Positions 8,821-16,437 of a stretch of DNA of 32,000 nucleotides are shown here, piece after piece. The translations under genes and the position numbers were made by a program. Numbering within the stretch: the first letter of the stretch is position 1; each line of letters begins with the position of its first letter. The stretch lies in assembly GCF_000015225.1 (NCBI RefSeq), contig NC_008698.1:660001-692000 (forward strand). Direction: 5' to 3'. The stretch is from Thermofilum pendens Hrk 5 (lineage in GTDB: Archaea; Thermoproteota; Thermoprotei; Thermofilales; Thermofilaceae). Below the pieces are notes generated by a model. That model was given only the letters and a program-made list of their open reading frames with translations. It made no database searches and was not told the DNA's origin.

Positions 8821-9264
8821 TTGATGCTTATGGGGGAGAGTGGACTCTGGGAGGAGGTCGAGAAGAAGGTTTCGAGAGTAATTGAGGGTGTGGAGGCTAC
8901 TCTGAGGGAATTCGTGGAGCGCGAGAACTTATCCGTTGCAGACGCTAAGAGGATTCTCGAAGAACTGGCTCCTAGCTTCTCGCTACTCGCGAAGAAGGGC
9001 GTGCTGGAAGTTCTCTACACGCTGCTCCTCCTCGGTCCCCTCTCTTTCACCAGGATACTGGAATCCACAGGCCTCAACAGGCGTACGCTTTCGACTAGGT
9101 TGAAACAGCTACAATCGGAGGGGCTGGTAGTCAAGGTGCGCGAAGAGGGGGTCGAGGGTTCTTCGAGATATGCGCTCACAGAGGCTGGTAAGGCGACCGC
9201 CCTGCTTGCAATCCCGCTCATCTACTACATTTCGAAGCAGAAGAGGAGGGGCGACCTACGATAA
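8821..9264 (+). CDS. Winged-helix transcriptional regulator (HxlR/ArsR-like)
   Basis: KKGVLEVLYTLLLLGPLSFTRILESTGLNRRTLSTRLKQLQSEGLVVKV...RYALTEAGK follows the HxlR-type wHTH pattern. ATGs at 8824 and 8830 follow an ATATAAAT box at 8807-8814. The 3' end overlaps the convergent ATPase gene by 9 nt. Confidence 0.7.
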   Translation: MMLMGESGLWEEVEKKVSRVIEGVEATLREFVERENLSVADAKRILEELAPSFSLLAKKGVLEVLYTLLLLGPLSFTRILESTGLNRRTLSTRLKQLQSEGLVVKVREEGVEGSSRYALTEAGKATALLAIPLIYYISKQKRRGDLR

Positions 9265-10311
9265 CGCCGAAGAGTGTAGCTCGAGGTGGATCCTGCGGGG
9301 CCTGGGGTCTCCCTGCCTCACGAGGAGCGCGTTGCCCCGGGCGCTGTAGAGTAGGTGGTCGTAGTCGAGCCTCGTCAACTGCACCACGCGCGCAACGTCT
9401 AGGACGAAGCTCTCGGGGCCGGAGAGGACTACGAGGAAGCCCGCGAGCTGGTACACTCTTGGGTCCATCTCCCGGGGGAGCTGCGTTACTGCTAGTAACC
9501 CCCACCCGTACTTCCTAACTTGCTTGAATAGGGAGAGGATGTAGTCTTTGACTAAGTGGGCCTCTTCGAGTACTACCAGGTGCTCCAGTCTGTGTCTAGC
9601 ACCTTTAGTCCTCATGTAGCCTTCGAGGAGCAGTAAGAGTATCTGCGAGCTGAGGGCCAGGAACTCCCTCGAGACCAGCGCCGGGTAGTAGAAGTAAACG
9701 TCCCTAGTGAGCTCCGCGATCGATGCCCCCTCATTGGAGTGGATTCTCGACAGGTCGTCGTATATCCTGAGGAGGTTCGGATCCTCCTTGGACACTTTCT
9801 CGAAGAACTCTAGGCTTCCCTCCTCGAAGCACCTCTTTAGGATCTCCCTGAGGATGCTCCTATAGCCGGGAAAGCCGTAGATAGCCTCGATGTACCTGCT
9901 CAGCTCCGAGGCCAGCTCGCTGGCCCCCCACCCCGGCGCTTCGAGAACGTTCACCCTGAAGTCGCCGAGCCCGAAAGACCTCTCGAAGAGCTTCCTGTAA
10001 GTAGCCTCGGAGTGAGGGTCGATGACCCACGACGTGACGCCCAGCCTCCTCGCTTCGAGCATAATGTGCCTCGCTAGGCTCGACTTCCCGCTCCCAGTGG
10101 TCCCCAGGATGACCCCGTGCATATTCGGTAGCTTTTCGGGGTTCAAGTACACGTTTCTTCCTCTATCGTCCCTGCCCAGGAAGAGCCCCCCGCTTTCCTC
10201 CGAGGGTGGCAGGACTGCGAAGGGGCTTAGGATTGCGAGGTCTCCCGTTAGCGCGTAGATTCGCCTACCGGCGGCGGCTCGCAGTAACCTGTACGCCAAG
10301 CCCGAGGTCAT
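9256..10311 (-). CDS. Minimal VirB4/CedB/HerA-type P-loop translocation ATPase (ATPase domain only)
   Basis: The ORF track gives 9256..10437. An in-frame ATG at 10311 makes an ATGA stop/start overlap with the upstream gene (tcat at 10308-10311 on the + strand), so I start it there (351 aa). Motifs are Walker A GTTGSGKSS, Walker B-like HLVVLEEAH, then LLAVTQLP, which is the HerA/FtsK/VirB4 layout. Confidence 0.7.
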   Translation of the reverse strand: MTSGLAYRLLRAAAGRRIYALTGDLAILSPFAVLPPSEESGGLFLGRDDRGRNVYLNPEKLPNMHGVILGTTGSGKSSLARHIMLEARRLGVTSWVIDPHSEATYRKLFERSFGLGDFRVNVLEAPGWGASELASELSRYIEAIYGFPGYRSILREILKRCFEEGSLEFFEKVSKEDPNLLRIYDDLSRIHSNEGASIAELTRDVYFYYPALVSREFLALSSQILLLLLEGYMRTKGARHRLEHLVVLEEAHLVKDYILSLFKQVRKYGWGLLAVTQLPREMDPRVYQLAGFLVVLSGPESFVLDVARVVQLTRLDYDHLLYSARGNALLVRQGDPRPRRIHLELHSSALS

Positions 10312-11372
10312 AGCAACGCACCCAGCGAGAACAGGCTCTTCCTGAAAGAGAACCCAGCTGCGGCGAGCGTCCTCGCGGTGTCGGCAGGCGCTACGAGCAA
10401 GCCCTCCACGAGGTAAAGAGCTTCCTCTCTCTCCCACCGTCTACGGGCGGCCGCGAAGAACTTCGAGCTCTCGTGAATCCAGGACAGCTTGTCGAAAGCT
10501 GTACCGAACTCGTACGTCCTGTAGGCTTGAGTATCTATGCTACGCTCTAGCTCCGCGTCGGCTCGTTTCACGCGGAGGACAAGGAGCACGCTGTCCGCTA
10601 GGCTGTACACGAGTTGCGCCCGGGAGAAAACGTCGCTCATCGAGGTATACGTATAGAAGCTCGTCACGGAGTCCAGGGAAAACACCTCTCGGCCTTTTGG
10701 CACGGAGTAGCCCCTCATACCGTCGGGCAGAGAGGCCAGCAGTAGAGCTAGGGAGGCGGGGGCTAGGAAGGGTAACTTCCACAGCGCCACGACACCTCCG
10801 GTGAACGCGAGCACCCTTCTGAAGAGCCCGCCGCGCACCTCTCTCAGGAAGTCCGGCCTCAGCAAGGAGTATACCTCGCGTCCGCTCAGAGCCCTAAACG
10901 AGCAACCCGAAACTGCGAGAGCCCTCCTCACCCTTTCAAGCGAGCTGGCAACGACTTCTACTGCCCCTTCAAGCCTCTCGTCACACCCCCTCACTAAGAG
11001 GTAGTAGCTACCCGAGCGCACGACGAGGTAGTAGTCTGCGTTGCCGGCGAGCGCCAGCGTAAGTAGTCGGGACGCCGAGAACCAGAAGCCGCGCTCAACC
11101 ATATCGTAGACACCGTGCCTGCAGTCTACAACCTCGAACCCCGCGTAGAGGCAGACGAACCTCCCTACCTTTGCCCTGCAGTAGTTCTCCTCGGTCAAAA
11201 GCGGCGGCAAGGGGAAACCGCCGTGAACGAACACCTTCGCGACGGCGAACACTTCGGGGTATACCAGGAGAAGCCCGCTCGCTATCAGCAGCGCTCCGTA
11301 CGTCTTGGCTTCGCCGCCTTGCATGAAGAAAAACCCGGCGGCTATGAGAAGCCCGGCGAGCCTCCTACGCAC
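10308..11372 (-). CDS. Membrane-anchored protein, possible VirB3/VirB4 N-terminal-domain equivalent
   Basis: 354 aa with a GTG start that overlaps the upstream stop by 8 nt. It has two N-terminal TM helices (LAGLLIAAGFFFM; ALLIASGLLLVYPEVFAV), a soluble region, one more hydrophobic segment (GGVVALWKLPFLAPASLALLLASL), and a C-terminal region. It is translationally coupled (ATGA) to the ATPase. The functional assignment is inference only. Confidence 0.5.
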   Translation of the reverse strand: MRRRLAGLLIAAGFFFMQGGEAKTYGALLIASGLLLVYPEVFAVAKVFVHGGFPLPPLLTEENYCRAKVGRFVCLYAGFEVVDCRHGVYDMVERGFWFSASRLLTLALAGNADYYLVVRSGSYYLLVRGCDERLEGAVEVVASSLERVRRALAVSGCSFRALSGREVYSLLRPDFLREVRGGLFRRVLAFTGGVVALWKLPFLAPASLALLLASLPDGMRGYSVPKGREVFSLDSVTSFYTYTSMSDVFSRAQLVYSLADSVLLVLRVKRADAELERSIDTQAYRTYEFGTAFDKLSWIHESSKFFAAARRRWEREEALYLVEGLLVAPADTARTLAAAGFSFRKSLFSLGALL

Positions 11373-13962
11373 GGCTAGCCCCCTCTCGCCCCTCCCATTC
11401 CTTCTTTATCTTCTCCCAGAGGTTGCTCGGAGGACCCTTCTCGAGTAGGCTCAGCGGACTATCCGAGTAGAGTAGCTTCTTAATGTACCTGGCCTCCTTG
11501 CCCGCATACTCCTCGAGCCTGTCGAGGGCCTTTATCCTTAAAAGTGTGTTGATATTGGAGAGGAGCAACGGAGTGTCCGGTAGCACCAGCTCCTCCCTAA
11601 GCGCTTCGAGTGCGGCTTTATCCTTGACCACGTCTAGAACAGCGCTGCCAACCTCTCGCGCGCCTCGCGCCCTAGCGATCTTCGCCAGTATCTCGTCGAT
11701 AAGCTTTACCGCTCTTTCTCCGCCGGGCTTCGATAACAGCCTAGCCTTTGTTCTCTCTAGGTAGTGAGTGGCTACTTCTTTCATTGCCGGGAGGAGTATT
11801 TTGTCGTACTCCGGGAAGTACCTCGCTATGACCTCCTCGTTGTGGTACATCTTCCACGGCGGTAACCTTCTCAGCCTGTAGTCGTACCCTCTGAGCACCC
11901 AGGGTACCAGGCTGAGCCCGTCCCTAATCCTAACGCCTAGCCAGAAAGCCTCAGGGCTCGCCAGGGCTTTGCGTATAGCTTTGATCGCGAGGGAGCCCGG
12001 CTTCTGGCTGAGTACGTACTCGAGTTTCCCCAGCTTTTTGCCTAGCCTATCCAGTCTCTCGGCCCTGTCGGCACGCCACCTGTCCAGCTCGACTATGGCT
12101 AGGTTGTCGGCGATGGCTTTCCCCATGTGGAGCAGGGAGGGGATAGGCCTTTTCGACAGGTACTTCGGGACCTCCCTCAGAGACTTCTCGACTACTCTTC
12201 CAAGGATTCTAGACGGACTTCTAGGCCTCATCATTGATATCTCCAGGAGCATGATCTCCGAGGGCCTGTGCGCCCCCTCCTTCTTCGAGATTTGGGAGAG
12301 GAAGTACGCGAACGCGGGGCGTGAAGCGCTCCTTAAGGGAGCGGCGAGCGAGCCCAGGGTTCTCGTTAAGCTCGTCGAGGCGAGCCCCGCGGAGAGCAGG
12401 AGTAGCCCGGCGCCCACCGCTACTACGAGGAGGTACGCGTTGTACAGTGTCCCTGCAAGGTCTAGGATCCCTCCGAGCGCCTCCTCTACGCGCGTCCGGA
12501 GAGCCTCTACCTGTAGCCAGCTGGAGACAAAGGTGGGCGCCGAGCTCGCGTTCCAGGAGCCTAGCCCGTAGAACCTAACCCTCGGGGCGCCCTGATCGGA
12601 GGAGCCAGTGCAATTCCCCGTCCAGGTTCTAATGCGTACGCTGTAGGTCGTGAAGCTCGGCTTCTGCGTTTTCAGCAGTAGCTTGTCGAGCTTGTCGCTG
12701 GGGATACTAAGCGATAACCGCTTCACCCAGGCATTGTACGCTTCGACCCACGCTTCAAAGGCGCCTGCATCTATCTCCGAGCCGGGAGGACCGCCCCCCG
12801 CGACCGTGTACGAGAGGTACCAGCAGGATCTATTCCCCGCCGCCGCGCTTCCGTTCACGTAGAGGACGTCGAACCCTCCTCCCCTGGCGTAAAACTCGAA
12901 CTCCCGGAGCTCTGGTTGAAGCTCGAACTCAACCCACCCGTTACCCTCGGACGAGGGGCTCAGCGCGGAGGCGCCGTGATAGCCGACAACATGCCCCGAA
13001 GTCCCCCCACTACGGTGGATAACGTTGACGGGGAGCCACACGAGGAGAGTAATTGTGCAGTTGGGTTCTACACGTGTACGCGCAGGGCTTACGTAGCAGT
13101 TACAGAAGGAGCCCGGCGTTGGATCGAAGCAACAACCGTGGAGCGAGAAGTTCGCCCAGTAGTTGGCAACCCAGAGAAAGGTGTAGTTACCGGCGGGCAC
13201 CGGGACTCGCTCGCCGCTACGCGCTCTGAGCACGATTCTCGAGCCAGACGTGTCGGTCGCAGCAACGAGGACTACGTCGGGTATGCTCTTAAGGGAGAGG
13301 TCGCGAACGTCGAACTCGAAGTACCCTATCTCGCGTGTATAGTTGAGCGGGGGGAGCGGCGTCCCACAGTGCTTCACCCCGGAGAGGGAGAAGGGGAGGA
13401 TAACGGTAACCGTTACTAGCAGCGCGGCGATAGGCAGGGTGACTTTCCTGAGGCGGGGCACGGAGATAGAGAGTATCAGGGCCTTCGTGTAGTCCCTTAA
13501 TTGCAACGAAGCAACTAGAAGTGAATGGGCTACTCTTAGGAGGAGCCACGCGGTCCCCAGGATTGTGGCTATGTTCTCCAGGGGTCCTATCACTAAGTGT
13601 CTAACAGGGTCGAAGTACTGGAGGGCCTCGGAAGCCTCGGGAAGCCCCAGCGCTATAGCTAGGCTTACCGCCACGTCTACTACCGCCACTGCCCCTAGAG
13701 TGGAGAGGACGGACCTGTAATACGCCCACAGGCTCCTGGATAGGCTTTCAACGTGCCTAAAGGACTCATCGAGTGCCACCCTGGAGTAATAGGAGTAGAG
13801 CCCCAGAAGCGCTAGGGAGAGCGCCTGGAAGAGGGCTAGCTCTGCTACCTCTCTGGAGATGGCTGAGACGGCCTTGCTGCGCCTCTGCGTAGCGTAGTAG
13901 TAGAGCGTCTCGAAGGCTATGATTGCAATGGCGATCCCGGCCCACTCGGTGTCTCCAATCAT
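11365..13962 (-). CDS. Large (865 aa) membrane protein: polytopic N-terminus, Cys/N-glycosylation-sequon-rich ectodomain, TM helix, about 330-aa helical cytoplasmic tail
   Basis: The first about 200 aa contain several hydrophobic helices. The middle about 300 aa carry NYT, NYT, NFS, NCT, NGS, NRS, NCT and NAS sequons plus a Cys cluster (HGCCFDPTPGSFCNCY). A strong TM helix follows (AYLLVVAVGAGLLLLSAGLA), then a charged helical tail. ATGA overlap with the upstream gene at 13959-13962. Confidence 0.65.
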   Translation of the reverse strand: MIGDTEWAGIAIAIIAFETLYYYATQRRSKAVSAISREVAELALFQALSLALLGLYSYYSRVALDESFRHVESLSRSLWAYYRSVLSTLGAVAVVDVAVSLAIALGLPEASEALQYFDPVRHLVIGPLENIATILGTAWLLLRVAHSLLVASLQLRDYTKALILSISVPRLRKVTLPIAALLVTVTVILPFSLSGVKHCGTPLPPLNYTREIGYFEFDVRDLSLKSIPDVVLVAATDTSGSRIVLRARSGERVPVPAGNYTFLWVANYWANFSLHGCCFDPTPGSFCNCYVSPARTRVEPNCTITLLVWLPVNVIHRSGGTSGHVVGYHGASALSPSSEGNGWVEFELQPELREFEFYARGGGFDVLYVNGSAAAGNRSCWYLSYTVAGGGPPGSEIDAGAFEAWVEAYNAWVKRLSLSIPSDKLDKLLLKTQKPSFTTYSVRIRTWTGNCTGSSDQGAPRVRFYGLGSWNASSAPTFVSSWLQVEALRTRVEEALGGILDLAGTLYNAYLLVVAVGAGLLLLSAGLASTSLTRTLGSLAAPLRSASRPAFAYFLSQISKKEGAHRPSEIMLLEISMMRPRSPSRILGRVVEKSLREVPKYLSKRPIPSLLHMGKAIADNLAIVELDRWRADRAERLDRLGKKLGKLEYVLSQKPGSLAIKAIRKALASPEAFWLGVRIRDGLSLVPWVLRGYDYRLRRLPPWKMYHNEEVIARYFPEYDKILLPAMKEVATHYLERTKARLLSKPGGERAVKLIDEILAKIARARGAREVGSAVLDVVKDKAALEALREELVLPDTPLLLSNINTLLRIKALDRLEEYAGKEARYIKKLLYSDSPLSLLEKGPPSNLWEKIKKEWEGREGASRA

Positions 13963-14732
13963 ACCCTGACGAACCCGACGAATACTGAGTCGAAGGCCGA
14001 GGCGAGCCCCACGCCGCCTACAGTTGCGAGAGCGAAGGCTAGGGACGTGAGGGTCAGCGCCTTTCCCAGGAGCACAGCGTTCTCCCCGGCTACACCGGCT
14101 ACGTTGACCCAGTCAAGAGGGCTCGACGCGCTGGGAACCCTTACCCCTCTGAGTGCGTCTGATGTTACCTGGAGGGAGTATGCCATGGCTATCGCCGTGG
14201 AGAGGTAGATGGAGAGAAGCGAGGCTCCGAGTCTTCGAAGCCTGGGTATAGGCATTAGCGCCGCGCCGAACGCAAAGAGGTAGGGAGATACTATAGAGAA
14301 AGCCTCGGCAGCGAAAGAGAGATGCATATACACTATAGCTACTATTCCGAGCTCCGCGGTCGACCACCCGGTAGCGCCACCGAGGACGCTGGCTAGGGGG
14401 CTTGTCACAGGTGTACTTGCCAGCAGTGCTCTCTCGGCCTCGACGAACAAAACTGTATCGACGGCCTTCCTGCTGGCTTCCCAGAAGGTCTCGGAGGCTC
14501 TACGGGCGCACGCGCTGACGTCTGCGCTGCTCCAGAGGTTGAGCTGGACACCGGCTAGTGTTGCGATCTGCGAGGAAACGCCGAGTATCACGTGGACGAC
14601 GACCACGAAGGCCGCGCTGAGAGCAGCGTCTTCGAAGAACCTTAGGGACTCCGAACGCCGTCCCAAGAACCAGTAGAGAAGCCCCACCGCAGCGTAGAGA
14701 CCCGCGCCCACGGCAGCAGTCAGGGCTTCCAT
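13959..14732 (-). CDS. Polytopic membrane protein (about 6 TM), CedA/VirB6-like by size and topology
   Basis: 257 aa, almost entirely hydrophobic helices (e.g. AAVGAGLYAAVGLLYWFLG, AAFVVVVHVILGV, IVAIVYMHLSFAAEAF, LLSIYLSTAIAMAY, LTLTSLAFALATVGGVGLA). It lies 13 nt downstream of the pilin-like gene. The family assignment is inferred, not shown by alignment. Confidence 0.55.
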   Translation of the reverse strand: MEALTAAVGAGLYAAVGLLYWFLGRRSESLRFFEDAALSAAFVVVVHVILGVSSQIATLAGVQLNLWSSADVSACARRASETFWEASRKAVDTVLFVEAERALLASTPVTSPLASVLGGATGWSTAELGIVAIVYMHLSFAAEAFSIVSPYLFAFGAALMPIPRLRRLGASLLSIYLSTAIAMAYSLQVTSDALRGVRVPSASSPLDWVNVAGVAGENAVLLGKALTLTSLAFALATVGGVGLASAFDSVFVGFVRV

Positions 14733-14745
14733 TGGAAGTCATCCC

Positions 14746-15270
14746 TTAGGAGCCGGAAAGCGCCGAGAGTACTATCTGCCACCCCCTCTGGAGGAGAGAG
14801 TTCAGTATGTCCGCGACCTGGGAGACCTCCTGTATGCCGATACCCTTCATTATCTGAACCGAGAGGAAGATTATCGGGATAATGGCCAGAGTCTCGGCGG
14901 CTTTGAGGAACTTCCCCACAGCTAGGCTCCTCCCAAAACTCCCTCCGGTAAACCATGAGAGGAGCGCATCCACGATTATTAAGGCGAAGCCTATAATGCC
15001 GATGCCAAATGCTATTGCAAGGAAAACGGCGACGGCATCTCTGAACGGCCTAAAGATATTCGAAACAACCTCTTCGGCGCTCGTAAATGCGGTCGTCGAG
15101 GATTGCAAGACCAGTAGAAGGGCTACAGTCCGCGAGTCACCTCTCAGAACCCTCTCCAGGACTTTTCCCGCCTCGCGCCAACCAGCCTCTCCGTCTTCCC
15201 TGAGTCTCTTCACGTTGCGCATTACCCACTCCCAAACGATCTTCACAGCTAGAAGCCTCAGTGTCTTCAA
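14746..15270 (-). CDS. Two-helix hairpin membrane protein with long leader: candidate VirB2/TrbC/CedA1-like pilin
   Basis: 174 aa from TTG 15270 (alternative ATG at 15222). It has a charged N-terminal leader and a signal-like segment TVALLLVLQSSTTAFTSA. Two long hydrophobic helices follow (AVAVFLAIAFGIGIIGFALIIVDALL and AETLAIIPIIFLSVQIM), joined by a basic loop. It is the first gene of the operon. Confidence 0.5.
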   Translation of the reverse strand: MKTLRLLAVKIVWEWVMRNVKRLREDGEAGWREAGKVLERVLRGDSRTVALLLVLQSSTTAFTSAEEVVSNIFRPFRDAVAVFLAIAFGIGIIGFALIIVDALLSWFTGGSFGRSLAVGKFLKAAETLAIIPIIFLSVQIMKGIGIQEVSQVADILNSLLQRGWQIVLSALSGS

Positions 15271-15370
15271 GCGTAACCCCCGTTACTCTCTTCGAGTAAC
15301 TTTTAATGCGCTGGAATAGCGACCCGCGCCTTTTCCACGATAAAAGCTTGTGGAAAGGATGTGGGGGGCT
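15271..15370. promoter_or_regulatory. Divergent control region with two TATA-like boxes and two perfect palindromes
   Basis: GTTACTC-n5-GAGTAAC (15282-15300) sits between the minus-operon start (15270) and its TATA-like TTAAAAG (minus strand, complement of 15301-15307). TTCCAC-n11-GTGGAA (15333-15355) brackets GATAAAAGC (15339-15347), which lies about 27 nt upstream of ATG 15371. Confidence 0.55.
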
Positions 15371-16084
15371 ATGGCTGTTAGGGTGGCTTTTGTGAGTGGT
15401 TCGAAGGGGGGTACGGGTAAGAGTGTGCTTTCGAGCTTGGCTTCCTTCGAGCTCGCGTCTATGGGTAGGAAGGTCCTCCTAGTCGACCTCGGGGAGCTGG
15501 GTAGTAGTACGCAGCTGTGCCTCGCGGAGGACCCGGGACCCCCCTACCTCTCAGACTTCTTCCAGGGCAAGGCTTCCTGGCGGGATGTCATTGTGGCGAG
15601 CCCCTGGGAGAAGCTCTTCGTAGCGCCCTCCTCGAAGCAGCAGGGACCCGTGGACGCCGATAGCCTTGAGTACCTCTTGGAGGCTGTCGACGGGTACGTG
15701 GACTTCGTTGTTCTCGATATGCCGGCTTACCCGGGGACTCTCTACGACCCCGTAGCCGCCCTCGCCGAGGTACTCGCGCTGGTAATGAACCCCGACAAGC
15801 TCTCCTTCTCCGCTGTAGGCGGCTGGTACGTGGGCAGGGAGTTTGCTAGGAGGAAGCTGGCGCTACCGGTACTCAACAAGTACCACCCCGTGATGTCCCC
15901 CTGGCTTGACAGGCTACGCGAATACTTCGGAGCAGTTTTCACGGTAAGCTTCGACCCCGCGCTAACCTTCGCCTACACTGAGACGATAGCAGACGCCCAC
16001 AAACACCTCTCAAAGAAAACAAGAGAAGAAGTAAAGCTACTCGTACAAAGGCTCGACAAGCCTCTCTTGAAGGTGACGAGATGA
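15371..16084 (+). CDS. ParA/MinD-family (SIMIBI) ATPase
   Basis: Deviant Walker A GSKGGTGKS, then VLLVDLG, and Walker B-like FVVLDMPA. The track ORF starts at GTG 15350. I prefer ATG 15371 (MAVRVAFVSGSKGGTGKS), which gives the usual short N-terminus and fits a leaderless transcript from the TATA at 15339-15347. ATG 15359 is also possible. Confidence 0.75.
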   Translation: MAVRVAFVSGSKGGTGKSVLSSLASFELASMGRKVLLVDLGELGSSTQLCLAEDPGPPYLSDFFQGKASWRDVIVASPWEKLFVAPSSKQQGPVDADSLEYLLEAVDGYVDFVVLDMPAYPGTLYDPVAALAEVLALVMNPDKLSFSAVGGWYVGREFARRKLALPVLNKYHPVMSPWLDRLREYFGAVFTVSFDPALTFAYTETIADAHKHLSKKTREEVKLLVQRLDKPLLKVTR

Positions 16085-16437
16085 GCCAGCCCAGAAGACC
16101 TTTCGCCCAGCAGAGAGGCGAAGACGAGAGGCAAGGCAAGCCATCGCTACCAGTCCCGCGCGTAGAGGTAGAGGAGGCGCGCCCCCCGAAGCCCGCCGAC
16201 GCAGAAGAGGAGCTCGTTAGGCGCGGCGTGGAGGGTTTAAAGGCCGTATTGGACGCCGTAGGCCTGGACCCGGGAATAGCCGAGAAGGTTAAGGAGAAGC
16301 TCCGGAGCATAGCGGACGAGGTTGCGCGGATAAACGAAAGGATCAGCGCGCTGGAGCAGGAAAGAGGCAGGCTTCTCGCAGAGAGGGAGAGGCTTCTCAG
16401 GCTTCTCAAAGCTTTCTCAGAGGTGAGAGCACAGTGA
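16081..16437 (+). CDS. Small coiled-coil protein (disordered basic/acidic N-terminus, C-terminal heptad helix)
   Basis: 118 aa. ATGA overlap with the ParA stop at 16081-16084 and GTGA overlap with the next gene at 16434-16437. The C-terminus ADEVARINERISALEQERGRLLAERERLLRLLK is coiled-coil-like. Confidence 0.6.
   Translation: MSQPRRPFAQQRGEDERQGKPSLPVPRVEVEEARPPKPADAEEELVRRGVEGLKAVLDAVGLDPGIAEKVKEKLRSIADEVARINERISALEQERGRLLAERERLLRLLKAFSEVRAQ

Noticed and set aside
10312-10437. N-terminal 42-codon extension of the ATPase ORF (the track start at 10437), which would overlap the upstream gene by 130 nt.
   Set aside because: An internal ATG at 10311 forms an ATGA stop/start overlap with the upstream gene, the common coupling pattern in this window. 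The extension (MGERGSSLPRGGLARSACRHRED...) looks non-coding.
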